Assembly (NCBI GenBank): GCA_052327205.1
Contig: CM126213.1
Span: forward strand, 120,156,001 to 120,220,000
Source of the DNA: Somniosus microcephalus
Lineage: Eukaryota
Length of the DNA stretch: 64,000 nucleotides
Reading direction: 5' to 3'
The stretch's first letter is position 1, and every line of letters starts with the position of its first letter. Under the pieces are notes generated by a model. It was given only the letters and a program-made list of their open reading frames with translations, had not been told where the DNA came from and ran no database searches. A program made the position numbers and the translations under genes. Shown here one piece after another: positions 36,868 through 50,412 of this stretch.

Positions 36868-37274
36868 ATAGATGGGAACCTGTGTTTTTCTCCTATCTCC
36901 CCTCATTTCCTCTTCAAATTCATCTTGTCCATGAGGCCCACCTCCTGCTCCTTTGTCCCCATTACCACTAAACTGCTGACCACCCAGCTTCCCTTCCTGT
37001 CCCCTGTGCAAGCCAACATTGTAAATGGTGCCCTCTTTGTTGTCCCCCTCCTTTTCAAAATCGCTGTCATCGCCGCCTCAATCTGAAATCTGTTTTGTTA
37101 GACCAGGGTATTAAAGGTTTCGGAACCAAGGCAGGTAGATGAAGTTAAGATACAGATCAGCCATGATCTAACTGAATGGCCTAACAGGCTCGAAGGGCTG
37201 TATGGCCTACTGCTGTTCCTATGTTTCTTTGGGACGTCCTGAGATTGTGAAAGGCACTATGTAAATTCTAGTTC

Positions 37275-39425
37275 TTAGAATCATAGAATGCGCGGAAGAA
37301 GGCCATTCAGCCCGTCGAGCCCGTGCCAGCTCTCTGCAAGAGCACCTCAGCTAATCCCACTCCCCCCGCCCTTTCATCGTAGCCCTGCAAATGTTTTTCT
37401 TTCAGGTACTTATCCAACTCCCTTTTGAAAGTCGTGATTGAGTCTGCCTCCACCACCCTTTCCGGCATTGCATTCCAGATCCTAACCACTTGCTGAGTAA
37501 AAAAGTTTTTTCTTGCGTCGCCTTTGGTTCTTTTGCTAATCACCTTAAATCTGTGTCCTCTGGTTCTCGACCCTTCTGCCAATGGGAACAGTTTCTATCT
37601 ACTCTGTCCAGACCCCTCATAATTTTGAACACCTCTATCAAATCTGCTCTAAGGAGAACAACCCCAGCTTCTCGAGTCTATCCACGTAACTGAAGTCCCT
37701 CATCCCTGGAATCATTCTCATAAATCTTTTCTGCACCCTCGCTAAGGCCTTCACATCCTTCCTAAAGTGCAGTGCCCAGGATTGGACACAATACTCCAGT
37801 TGAGGCCAAGTGTTTTATATAGGTGGTTCATAATTTCCACACTTTTGTACTCTCTCTACCTCTATTCATGAAGCCCAGGATCCCGTAAGCTTTTTTAACT
37901 GCTTTCTCAACATGCCCTGTCATCGTCAACGATTTGTGCACATATACCCCCAGGTCTCTCTGTTCATGCACTCCCTTTAGGATTGTACCCTTTAGTTTAC
38001 ATTTCCTCGCCTCATTTTTACCAAAATGTATCGCTTCACAATTTTCTGCATTAAATTTCATCTGCCACGTGTTTGTCCATTCCACCAGTCTGTCTATGTT
38101 CCCTTGAAGTCTATCACTACCCTCCTCACTGTTCACTATACTTCCAAGTTTTGTGTCATCTGCAAATTTTGAAATTGTGCCCTGTCAAGTCATTAATATA
38201 TATCAAGAAAAACTGTGGTCCTAGTACTGACCCCTGGGGAACACAACTGTATACCTTCCTCCAGTCCGAAAAACAACCGTTCACCATTGCTCTCTGTTTC
38301 CTGTCACTTAGCCAATTTTGTACCCATGCTGCCACTGTCCCTTTTATTCCATGGGCTTCAACTTTGCTGGCAAGCCTATTATGTGGTACTTTGTCGAACG
38401 CCTTTTGAAAATCCATGTACACCACGGCAACTGCATTGCCCTCATCAACCCTTTCTGTTACCTCATCAAAAAACTTGATCAAGCTGGTTAAACACGATTA
38501 GCCTTTAACAAATCCATGCTGGCTTTTATTAATTAATCCATACTTGTCCAAGTGACTGTTAATTTTGTCCCTGATTATTGTTTCTAAAAGCTTCCCCACT
38601 GACCAGCCTATAGTTGCTGGGTTTATCTTTACAACCTTTTTTGAACAAGGGTGTAACATTTGCAATTCTCCAGTCCTCTGGCACCACCCCTGTTTCTAAG
38701 GAGGATTCGAAGATTATGGCCAGTGCCTTTTTCCTTCACTTCCCTCAGTATCCTAGGATGCATCCCATCCGGTCCTGGTGACTTATCTACTTTAAGTACA
38801 GCCAGCCTTTCTAGTACCTTGTCTTTATCAATTCTTATCCCATCCAGTATCTCCACTACCTCCTCCTTTACTATGTATATGGCAGCATCCTCTTCCTTGG
38901 TGGAGACATTTAGTACCTCAGCCATACCCTCTGCCTCCATGTGTAGGTCTCCTTTTTGGTCCCTAATTGCCCCCCCTCCCCTTATTACCTGTTTACTATT
39001 TATATGCCTATAGAAGACTTTTGGATTACTTTTGTGTTAGCTGCCATTCTATTTTTGTACCCTCTCTTTGCCCCTCTTATTTTCTTTTTCACTTCTCCTC
39101 TGAACATCCTATAATTAGCCTGATTCTCAGATGTATTCTCGACCTGATATCTGTTATAGGTGCTCTTTTTCTGCTTCATCTTACTCTCTATCTCTTTTGT
39201 CATCCAGGGAGCTCTGACTTTAGTTGTCTTACCTTTCTGCTCCAGTGGGAATGTACCTCGACTGTACCCAAACCATCTCCTCTTTAAAGGCAGCCCATTG
39301 TTCCACTACAATTTTGCCTGCCAATCTTTGATTCCAATTTACCCGGGCTAGATCCTTTCTCATCCCACTGAAATTTGCATTCCTCCAATTAAGTATTTTT
39401 ACTCTAGCTTGCTCCCTGTCCTTCT
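37275..39425 (-). mobile_element. 5'-truncated degraded CR1 LINE
   Basis: DFQKAFDKVPH, VPQGSVLGP, KSPGPDGMHPR, FFTQQVVRIWNAMP; tail next to tagaatcatagaa. Confidence 0.9.
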
Positions 39426-39872
39426 AAGTTTAAAAACAGAATTAGTTCTAAGTAAACCTTTACCTAGAATTGTTCTTATTTTAAAAAAATAATAATTTTA
39501 GCACCAAACTGGATGCTTTTATTTTTTTTTAAATCTAAGTGTTTGCAATGTGCTCTGTTAAATATTGATCCTTTGCATGTACTGTATGGCAGTGTGTTGG
39601 AAATGTGATTGTGATCATGAACTGAACTTTGCTTTCTTTCTCGGCACAAGATGAATTTTCTTTGGAGCCTTATTGAAGAGCAACTAATAAGGTGTTTTGT
39701 TTTAATAAATAAAATGCATGAAGATAAAGTAAATTAGGTGCTTAATTTCCTCTCCAATGGAAATTGACGACTGTTTGCTTTTATCAATAAGTTTTTTAAT
39801 TTGTTAGCTATAGATCTGTTAAAAAGATGCAAATACACAAGGCCTCTTGTCTTTATATATGTTTGCTTCCAG

Positions 39873-40054
39873 TATATCTGTCGTCTGAGCTTCAAACTGC
39901 TAGGATTCTGCACTGTAAATCTCCTCCAGTGTCTAAAGCTGAAGACAATGAAGACGTTCGTCAGGAAATTAAATCTATCTGTGCAACACTGAGATTGGCC
40001 TGTCCTGTATCTGGTGCTGCTGATGCACAATTATTTCAGACTATAGAGGAAAAG
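39873..40054 (+). CDS. FAM98B: FAM98B coding exon 4 (YLSSELQTARIL...QTIEEK)
   Basis: tccag acceptor, gttggt donor, phases consistent. Confidence 0.9.
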
Positions 40055-40138
40055 GTTGGTGCTTCAGTTTGTTTTTCTCCAGTCTTGATGTGTATTTGCT
40101 TTATTGAAACGACTTCTCAATATATCTTGTTCCCCCAG

Positions 40139-40219
40139 GTGAAAAATATTACTTCCAAAATTCCCAAAAACCATGTGGGAGAACCATTGCTGAAGCTAAC
40201 ACTAACTCCTGACCACTGG
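40139..40219 (+). CDS. FAM98B: FAM98B coding exon 5 (VKNITSKIPKNHVGEPLLKLTLTPDHW)
   Basis: ccccag acceptor, gtaaga donor; matches recalled KNHVGKPLLK motif. Confidence 0.92.
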
Positions 40220-42342
40220 GTAAGAGACTGCATTTAAGAAAGAAAAAAAACTTCACACAGAATGATTTACTTCGACTTGCAATCGCTGTTATGTGGGTAA
40301 ACAGTGCAGCTATTTTATGCACAGCAACATCTCTTGATCAACAATTAAATGAATGGCCAATGTGGTTCAGGGCAGAATATTGGCCTGGACACTGGCAGAG
40401 TTAACTGTCCTCTTTGCATAAGGCTATGGGATTTTTAACATCCACATAAATCACAGGAACATTGCAAGTGCCAGCCTAAATTATCAGCTGAAAATTTGAC
40501 ATTCAAGTTATCAATGACCAGGCTGACTTTTGAGCCTAACTATATGCCTTTTTTATTCAACATTATTAAGAGGCAGGAGACCAGTACAAAGGGCCAGCAG
40601 ATTGTAGAGTTTACCTTGGTGGCTGTTGGCTTAAAACTATATTTTGAGGGGGTAAGTCATGATATTGTTAGGTTTGCTGTTAAACTCTGAAGAGGTAACA
40701 GTTCAGTTTAATATGCAGGAACAGCTGAAGCCTGTAATGTAATCATAGAATGGTTACAGCACAGGAGGAGACTATTCAGCCCGTCGAGCCCATGCCGGCT
40801 CTCTGCAAGAGTACTTCAGCTCGTTCCACTCCCCCGCGCTTTCCTCGTAGCCTTGCAAATTTTTTCCCCTCCGGTACTTATCCAATTCCCTTTTGAAAGC
40901 CACGAGTGAGTTTACCGCCACCACCCTTTTAAGCAGCGCTTTCCAGATCCTAGCCACTTGCTGCGTAAAAAAGTTTTACTTCATGTCACCTTTGGTTCCT
41001 TTGCCAATCACCTTGAATATGTGTCCTCTGGTTCTCGACCCTTCCGCCAATGGGAACAGTTTCTCTCTATCTACTCTGCCTAGACCCCTCATTATTTTGA
41101 ATACCTCTATCAAAACTCCTCTGACTTTCTCTGCTCTAAGGAGAACAACCCCAGCTTCTCCAGTTTATCCACGTAACTGAAGTTCCTCATCCCTGGAATT
41201 ATTCTCGTAATTTTTTTCTGCACCCTCTCTAGGGCCTTCACATCCTTCCTAAAGCATGGTGCCCAGAATTGGACACAGTACTCCAGTTGAGGCCGAACCA
41301 GTGTTTTATAAAGGTTCATCACAACTTCCTTGCTTTTGTACTCTATGCCTCTATTTATGAAGCCCAGTATCCCGAATTCTTTTTTAAACTGCTTTCTCAA
41401 CCTGCACTGCCAACTTCAACGATTTCTGCACATATAGCCCCAGGTCTCTCTGTTCATGCACCCCCTTTAGGATTATATCCTTTAGTTTATATTGCCTCTC
41501 CTCATTCTTCCTACCAAAATGTATCACTTCGCACTTTTCTGCGTTAAATTTCACCTGCCATGTGTCCGCTCATTCCACCAGCCTGTCTATGTCTTCTTGA
41601 AGTCTATCACTATCCTCCTCACTGTTCACTATACTTCCAAGTATTGTGTCATCTACACATTTTGAAATTGTACCCTCTACTCCCAAGTCCAAGTCATTAA
41701 TATATGTCAAGAAAAGCAGTGGTCCTAGTACTGACCCCTAGGGAACACCACTGTGTACCTTCCTCCAGTCCAAAAAGCAAACATTCACCACTACTCTGTT
41801 TCTTGTCACTTAGCCAATTTTGTACCCATGCTGTCACTGTCCCTTTTATTCCATGGGCTTCAACTTTGCTGGTAAGCCTATTATGTGGCACTTTATCAAT
41901 CGCCTTTTGGAAGTCCATATACACCACGTCAACTGCATTGCCCTGAACAACCCCCTCTGTTACCTCATCAAAAAGCTCAATCAAGTTAGTTAAACACGAT
42001 TTGCCTTTTAACAAATCCGTGCTGACGTTCCATAATTAATCCACACTTTTCTAAGTGACTATTAACTTTGTCCCTGATTATTGTTTCCAAAAGCTTCCCC
42101 ACTACCGAGATTAAACTGACTTGCCTGTAGTTGCTGGGATTATCCTTGCACCCTCTTTTGAACAAGGGTGTAACATTTGCAATTCTCCAGTCATCTGGCA
42201 CCACCCCCATATCTAAGGCCGATTGGAAGATTATGGCAAGTACGACTGTGATTTCCTCCTTAACCTCCCTCAGCATCGTAGGATGCATCCCAACCGGTCC
42301 TGGTGACTTATCAACTTTAAGTTCAGACAGCCTTTCAGTACC

Positions 42343-42441
42343 AGAACAGAAAATGCTGGACATACTCAGCAGGCCAGGCAGCATCCGTGGAGAGAGGAAC
42401 AGAGTTAACGTTTCAGGTCTGGGACCCTTCATCAGAATATT
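42343..42441 (-). mobile_element. Short Penelope-terminal fragment inserted in the CR1
   Basis: Reverse-complement match to 63210-63275; flanked by ~14-bp duplication AGCCTTT(C/T)AGTACC. Confidence 0.6.
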
Positions 42442-42838
42442 AGCCTTTTAGTACCTCCTCTTTATCAATTTTTATCTCATCCAGTAACTCCACTACCTCC
42501 TCTTTCACTATGACTTTGGCAGCATCTTCCTTGGTGAAGACAGATGCAAAGTACTCATTTAGTACCTCAGCCATGCCATCCACCTCCATGTGTAGGTCTC
42601 CTTTTTGGTCCCTAATCGGCCACATCCCTCCTTACTACCCATTTTTTATTTATATGCCTATAGAAGACTTTTGAATTCCCTTTTATGTTAGCTGCCAATC
42701 TATTCTCATACTCTCTCTTTGCCCCTCTTATTTTCTTTTACGCTTCCCCTCTGAACTTTCTATATTCAGCCTAGTTCTCACTTGTATTCTCAACCTGACA
42801 GCTGTCATATGTGCCCTTTTACTGCTTCATCTTACTCT

Positions 42839-43544
42839 GGGGACAAAATTCGGTTGCTTTGCACCTCACGTTAGCGCCCTAAGGGGGCGCTAACAGGGCG
42901 CAAAGCAGTTAGCGACCGGGCGTGCCGCCACTAACGCCTCCCGCGAAATTCAGCGGGAGATTAGCGGCAGCTGGTAGCACCCCGTGGCGTTGCGCCTCTG
43001 GCGATGATGTCATCGCCGTGCGCGGCGCCCCGGTCGCAAACGTTGGTTGTACCCCCTGACGTACTGCCGGACGCTATACCTGACAGGGTCAGTGGGGCGC
43101 ACGTGCTGCCGGGATGGCGATATTTAAAGGGGAGGTGCTAGGCGGCCATTTTATTTGCTAGCCGCCTGCCAGCACCTGCCACGGGGTTCTGACCGTGATT
43201 GGGCAGCCCGGCACTCCTCTTGAGTGCCAGGCTCTTTTGCCAGCACTCTGCTCCCTGGTGGCCCAGCTGGTCCCCGGTTCGCACTGCGCAAGGCCCCTCC
43301 TCTTTAATAAGGGGAGGAAGGCCTGCAGTGCCGGCGTGCGTGGTGCTGCGGCACATAGCGCCGAGATATTGGGCTGGAACGCCCCAAGAGGGAGGAGGAG
43401 CGCTTCCAGTAGCGTCCTGCCTCCTGCTTGGGGTGCTACCATTGAATTTCGGGCACGGGGGGGGTGCTAACTTTTTCGGGATGCTAAAAGTAGTGCCCTG
43501 GCGCAGTTAGCGCCCCAAAGGGGGCACAACCCAATTTTTACCCC
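42839..43544. mobile_element. Harbinger-type MITE
   Basis: TIRs GGGGACAAAATTCGGTTG / CAACCCAATTTTTACCCC, TCT TSD, repeated TTAGCGCC motifs. Confidence 0.85.
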
Positions 43545-44357
43545 TCTTTCGTCATCCAGGGAGCACTGGCTTTAGTTGCCCTACCTTTCCCCCTCGTGGG
43601 AATGTACCTCGACTGTTCCCGAATCATCTCTTTAAAGGCAGCCATTGTTCGATTACAGTTTTGCCTGCTAATCTTTGATTCCAATTTACCTGGGCCAGAT
43701 CCGTTCTCAACCCACTGAAATTTGCCTTCCTCCAATTAAGTATTTTTACTCTAAATTGCTCACTATCCTTTTCCATAGCTAATCTAAACCTTATGATACT
43801 ATGATCACTATTCCCTAACTGTTCCCCTACTGACACTTGCTCCACTTGACTCACCTCATTCCCCAGAACCAGATCCAGCAATGCCCCCTTCCTCGTTGTG
43901 CTGGAAATGTACTGATCAAGAAAGTTCTCCAGAACACACTTCAGAAATTCTTCCCCATCTCTGCCCTTTACACTATTATTATTGCAGTCTATATTGGAAT
44001 AATTGAAGTCATCCATTATCACTACTCTGTATTTCTTGCACCTCTGTAATTTCCCTGCAAATTTGACCCCTCCAGGAATCTCTCTCTCCAGCACTAACAT
44101 TCTCCTTAACCAATGCTCCCACCCCATTTCCATTCTTTCCTGAACACCTTATATCCAGGAATATTTAAAACCCAATCCTGCCCTTTTTTGAGCCAGGTCT
44201 CCGTTATCGTCACAACATCATATTCCCATGTGGCTATTTGCGCCTGCAGTTCACCAACCTTATTTACCCGCTTCATGCATTTACACACATGCGCTGTAAA
44301 CCTATCTTAGACCTTCTTCTATTCTCTCTTAATCTGACCCCACCTAATAGCTTACTA

Positions 44358-44687
44358 CAGGGAACTTTCTGGTATCCGGCACGGACCGGACCGACGTGTT
44401 GCCGGTTCATCAACAATTCCGGATAATGGAACGTTATAGTAAAAGATACGGAGCTCAGAGCTCCGTATAAAGCAACAAACCCTGTTGCTTAACAGCTTCA
44501 AAACAATCGGCACAAGTTGCAAGCGTCTCTGTAGCTTAGCAACAGCTTCAGCTACACCCTTGCAAAGCAACAAATAGAGTAAAAAAAGTAACTAAAAGTA
44601 AAAAAAGTTACCTGAACCGACTCCTGAATTTTGCCGGTGGATAAAGCGTTCCAGTTATTTAGGGGCCGGTTAATCGAAAGTTTCCTG
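44358..44687. mobile_element. pogo/Tigger-type MITE
   Basis: TIRs CAGGGAACTTTC / GAAAGTTTCCTG, TA TSD. Confidence 0.8.
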
Positions 44688-45904
44688 TATTTCTTACTCT
44701 AGTGCTATCTGTCTCTCCCCATCCTTTGTGCATGTTGTTTCTCCTTTCTACTGCTACATCCTGGTGCCCATCCCCCTGCCAAATTAGTTTAAACCCTCCC
44801 CAACAGCACTAGCAAACCCCCCTGCGAGGACATTGGTTCTGTCTCTGTTGAGGTGCAAACTGTCCAGCCTGTACAGGCCTCATCTCCCCCAGAACCAGTC
44901 CCAATGTCTCAGGAATCTGAAGGCCTCCCTCCTGCACCATCTCTCCAGCCACACATTCATCTGCTCTGACCTCCTATTTCTGTACTCGCTAGCTCATGGC
45001 ACAGGGAGTAATCCAGAGATTACTACCTTTGAGGTTCTGCTTTTTAATCTCTTACCTAGCTCCCTAAAATCTGCCTGCAAAACCTCATCCCTCTTTTTCT
45101 ACCTATGTCGTTGGTACCGATGTGGACCACGACATCTGGCTGTTCACCCTTTTCCCCCCCCCCCCCCCCCCCCCCCCCCAAGAATGTTCTGCAGCTGCTC
45201 AGTGACACCTTTGACCCTGGCACCAGGGAGACAACATACCATCCTGGAATCACGTCTGAGGCCACAGAAACGCCTGTCTGTTCCCCTGTAATGTACCTGT
45301 GTGACATGGTAGGCACTGGATGTTTATCTCAGTTGACCATATATGCGGGAATTGTCTTTCACTGTTTGCACTCAAGCTCAAAGTTTCTGAACTTGAAAGA
45401 AGAAAGTACTCTTCCAAAAATGTCTAAAATTGCAAATGCCGAATGGGATCTTGTGTGTGTTGTAGGAGGGCACTGGCACTGATACCCATGGAACTATACC
45501 TCTGTATGAAGTAGCACCTTCAGGGTAGAAAATTGGGAGCAAAATAAAATTGCAGTGAAATTAATGCAAATAATTTTTTTAAGTCTGACTTTTAATCTGG
45601 CCTTTCTGAGCTCACTTTTAGTATCTTGCAGATGTTAGTTTGAAATCTATTTTTAGTATAAGAATTAAATGATTTTTAAAAATATTAGTGGCAGGGTTGA
45701 TTAGAGGGCAGAGTTTTTCATTAAAGCATCACGAAGACTATTTGATAATAAAAGAAAACAAAACAGTTGTCTTGGCAATAATGCTTTTAGGTTTCATGGA
45801 AAAAGAAACAGAATATTATCCCCAAACATTGTAAAATTAAAGAATCCCATGTCATAACAGTTGAATTTGACTGCTATTCAGGTATATGGTGACTGAACAA
45901 CGAA

Positions 45905-46452
45905 CAGTAGAAACATAGAAGATAGGAGCAGGAGTAGGCCATTTGGCCCCTTGAGCCTGTTCCGCCATTTAATGAGATCATGGCTGATCATCCAAATTCA
46001 GTACCCTGTCCCTGCTTTCTCCCCATATCCCTTGATTCCTTTAGCCTTAAGAAATATATCTAACGCCTTCTTGAATATATTTAATGAATTGGCCTCTACT
46101 GCCATCTGTGGTAGAGAATTCCACAGGTTCACCACTCTCTGGGTGAAGAAATTCCTCCTCATCTCAGTCGTAACTGGCTTACCCCTTATCTTTAGACTGT
46201 GACCCCTGGTTCTGGACTCCCCTGCCATCGGGAACATCCTGCATCTAATCTGTCTAGTCCTGTTAGAATTTTATAAGTTTCAATGAGATCCCCTCTCATT
46301 CTTCTGAACTCTAGCGAATATAAGCCTAATCGACTCAATCTCTCTTCATACGTCATTCCTGCCATCCCAAGTATCAGTCTGGTGAATCTTCGCTGCACTC
46401 CCTCCATGACAAGAACATCCTTCCTCAGATAAGGTGACCAAAACTGCACACA
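45905..46452 (-). mobile_element. CR1 3' fragment, same young subfamily as 29669-32818
   Basis: Near-identical C-terminal peptide ...KAKGIKGYGEKAGTGY. Confidence 0.9.
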
Positions 46453-49420
46453 GGAGTGTACTTCCTTTGGATATTTGTTATAGAAAATCCCAGAGAGGAC
46501 CTTGTTTTCAAGCAAAGCTTGGTGTCCTAAATAAATTGGTTGCAAATCCAAAATCCCATGTAATAAAAACAGAATTTGACTCTGTCACTGTAAACAAGTG
46601 CCTGGAATTATTGCCTGGAGTTCTTGAGTAGAGTGTATAAACACACATTATAGAAAAGCAAATGTAGGCATCAAGATGGAGGAAAGGATTGCATGGTCAG
46701 AGAAATGTGTTGCTGAAGTAATGAATTTGGGAATTGTCATTGTTTTAATTTTTTTTGTTGGTGACTTCAGTTGCAGTAGTTAGAATTGAACCTGTAGTTT
46801 TATTTTTATGAAGATGGTACTGTACTGTGGACTGTTTTCTGCTGAATCTGACTTCAGTATTACATGTCAGTTTCTATATCTGGCCCTATTGCCCGTACCA
46901 ATGTAGATCATCTTCGAAATAGCTACAGTATGGCAGATGGACTTAATGGATTTATTAAGTGTACAGTCATCAATAAGTAGCTTGTTTGGATTGCTGAGGT
47001 TACGCTACAAAGACATAAATGGATGGTGGGCAAATTGTATTAATTGCTATACCCGAGAGCTGATGGATGGCCAATAGTTGTTCTATGAATGAATGACTAG
47101 ATCAATAGTAGTTAGTGACCTCTAAGCTCTGCATTTTCATATACAGCTGCAGATCTTGTGTACTGTGGATATGAGACATATGATTTATGTGCATGTGCGC
47201 AATTCTGTGCCGAACAGCTTGTGAGCAGTTGATCTGTCTTCCTTGAATCCAGATTGAGAGTTAATCCAGAGAGTTCATGGAGCTGATGAATCTCATATTT
47301 CACGATCGATTGAATAATATTCAAATGTTCTGAGGTCAGATGGGTTTGTGGGTGAATGCATCTGATCCATGATTTATAGTTGTCAAATGCATACACTTCT
47401 ATTGACCAGGTATAGTTTGAAGATATGAGCTGGAAAGGGAGAGAGAAGGAGGCAAAAAGAAGTCGAGATAGAAACTTCTTTGCAGACTTAACAGTACCAA
47501 TATTTGTAGCTAGAGAGGCACAAGAAGGCAAGAGGTTATTTTTCTCATACTCTGCCCAAAAAGCCATTAAGAAAGAAAGCTGTAAAAATACACACACTAT
47601 TTTGCTCCAAGTGCCCACTGCTGGCACCTTCAAGACATATGGTGGCCACACATGAATCAAGCTGGTGTCCTCCTAACTCTGACCTACTCGCCATATTAGG
47701 AACATCTTGGCTTCTTCAAATGCGACTCTTTGTGGCACCATTTCTGCTTCTCACCTACCCACCTTTGCTTATGCATATCCTCGATTGCTTCTAGCTCCAC
47801 ATCCCACTCCCCTCCCCCAGAGTGCTTCCAGTTCCTCACTGGTTCCAGCCTGATTTCTCCCCCTCATATCTCTTAGACCCTATCAGTGCTCTAGTCCTTG
47901 CAGCTCAGTTCTTTGCTTTGTCCTCAGTACTTCCAGTCTTCAATTTCTACTCTGGCCCCAGCTTTTATCCACCTCCAGTACCATATCGGCACGTATGCAC
48001 CCCCCCCCCCCCCCCCAAAGCACTCCCAGCCTCTCTCTGCTATAATTCCACCAAGTATTCCCCATACCCATATGCTCCCATACTTCATCTTCAGCATCGT
48101 TATTATCTCAAGGTCCTGTCCGCTCCCCCTCAGGCTGTGGCTTTTCCCTCCTACTCTTGAACTCCATTTCCAAGTAAATAAGTAAAGGAATATGTGACAG
48201 AACCAGATGAACACACTGAAGAAAAGAGAGGAGACTAAAGGAAGTAGAGACAAAGGAATTGCGAACAGGAATTGGGCAGAGTGCAGAGTGGTGCAGATAC
48301 TAGTGAGATAAATGTGACAACCATAAGTGAGAGGCGAACAAACAAAGATATTTAACAAAAAGAACTTCAGATTGGGGAAGAAACGGGTACAATTACAGAA
48401 AGATATATAATTTATTCTTGAGCAATGCCATCTAGATCAACTATATTATACATTGTTACATGCTGTAATTCTCCTGTCGCCTCTGACTCAGTCGTGAACA
48501 CACGCAACATCCATTTGTATTAATCATATGACCTTGTCTTCATGAAACAACGTCTTCTCCAATTGAGCAATATCACACAAAATATGCTTATATTGGGAAA
48601 ATAACCTTGTACCTAAAATAATGTAAAAGAATGCGTTGAAACAAGGGGTAGCTGTTTTTTTACATTCTGGATGTGATTTGTCTGCCAAGCTAGTTTGTAC
48701 CATCTGACATCAATTTTCTCTCCCTCACTGCACTCCTGCTAAAACAATGAGTATTTGTATTAGCTTCCCTTCTGAAAAATTAAACTCTTTCAAGATTTCT
48801 GATAAAACCCTGTCTGTTGATCTCTGATGGCATCGAGTAGCTACTGAGCCCAGTAGTGTACAAGAGATGAATTAACACACACAATCCTTTAATAGTGACA
48901 TTAATAGTTTTTGCAAACAAGCTGCTCTTCTCTCTGCTTCCTATTTTTGCCTCCACTCCAATTGTATAATATAGAATGTGTTTAAACTAAACTGGATAGG
49001 AAAAAGAATTGTGCTGCTGATGGCACTTGGTCTATAATAGCTCGTACAGTAGTTTTATATTGGAGCGCACCTACCTTATTGCAGCAATTGCATTTGTTTA
49101 ATGCACCAAATATCCATTATGGCACCTCTAAGTGAGGTTACAAAGTAATACTTAATTATTGTCAGTTTTAAACTGATCTAACCAGTGTCCTTGCTTCAGC
49201 CAGTATACCTTCTTGCCTTCTCTCTCCTCTGCTTGTCTCATTATTTATTGACCTGGTCCATTTATTATACCTATTGTGTCTTAATTTCATTCCCTTATCT
49301 TTTAGTTCAGGTCTTAGTGTCTCCTTTTTGTCGTTTCATTGTATTTCATCCTTTGTGTTGCTGCCTTTTCCAGAACAATTGTAAATCACTAGCTATATAC
49401 AGATCATATTGTTCAAATTA

Positions 49421-49775
49421 CAGGAAACTCTTTTTTATCCGGCACCGACGGGACCGGCGTGGTGCCGGTTGATCAAAAAGTCTAGATTACAGAGAGGTAT
49501 ATTTACCAGTGTACGAGAGCCCCGTACACGGCCACAGGTGCAGGAGCCCCGGTTACACGGCACTTGTGCAGGAGTCCCGGTTACACGGCCACAGATCCAG
49601 GAGTCCCTGTTGCATGGCCATAGGTGCAGGAACCCCGGTTACACGGCCACAGATCCAGGAACCCCGGTTACACGGCCACTAATATATAGCAAAACTTACC
49701 TGAACCTACTCCTGAATTTTGCCGGTTAAGAGAGATTTCCAGATATTTAGGTGCCGGTTAAAAGAGAGTTTCCTG
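49421..49775. mobile_element. pogo/Tigger-type MITE with internal ~29-bp tandem repeats
   Basis: TIRs CAGGAAACTCT / AGAGTTTCCTG, TA TSD; about 6 copies of CAGGAGYCCCGGTTACACGGCCACAG. Confidence 0.85.
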
Positions 49776-50412
49776 TATTAGTAGAGCATGCACACCAAAG
49801 TAAAAGTATGTGTTCAGCATGGCATTCAAAACGTCCAAAGGGGTTTTGATTAAAAAAATCCACACAAAGATCTAATTAAACTCAAAGCTATGTGAAATGA
49901 TTAAGAAATTGGCTGAGGTAGAGGAAATAATGAGTTCTTGCTAGAGGAGTAATATTGTAGTTGGGGGAAATACTGAGTGGAGTACCTCTGCGCTCGGTGC
50001 TGGGGCCAGGACCGTTTTTAATAATTTACATAAACAACCTGGATTCAGAAACTTAATGGAAAGTGGTCAGATTTGCAAATGATAGCAAATTAAAAGAGGA
50101 AGTGGAATCATAAGAGGCAGCTCCGAAATGACAATGAATTGGACAAAATATGTAAGTGGGCAGAAAATTGGCAGGTGAAATTTAATGTGGAAAGTGCTGC
50201 ACACGAGAAGGAAAAACACACAGTGCAGGTACTTAATGAATGATATTGAAAAAGCTAATGAAGAAGTTGAAAGGAGGAGTCTTGGTAGATTCAATGCTAA
50301 ACATATCCATCCAAAGCAGAACAGCAATCAACAAGACCAATAGGATGTTGAACTGCATAGCTAAGACAGTAGAATATGTCGGGGTAATGGCCGTGTCTAT
50401 TTGCAACACCAA

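Larger units (their letters stand above)
40741..45290 (-). mobile_element. Long degraded CR1 LINE (ORF1 esterase plus ORF2) carrying three later insertions
   Basis: VVVHIGTNDIG (ORF1), TITETWL, SDHS, KSCLTNL, LVRPQLEYCVQFW. Confidence 0.9.

Noticed and set aside
45153-45179. Poly-C run as a functional element
   Set aside because: Homopolymer expansion within decayed CR1 ORF1; length may be a sequencing artefact
49510-49680. CRISPR-like array
   Set aside because: Head-to-tail repeats with no unique spacers, inside a eukaryotic MITE
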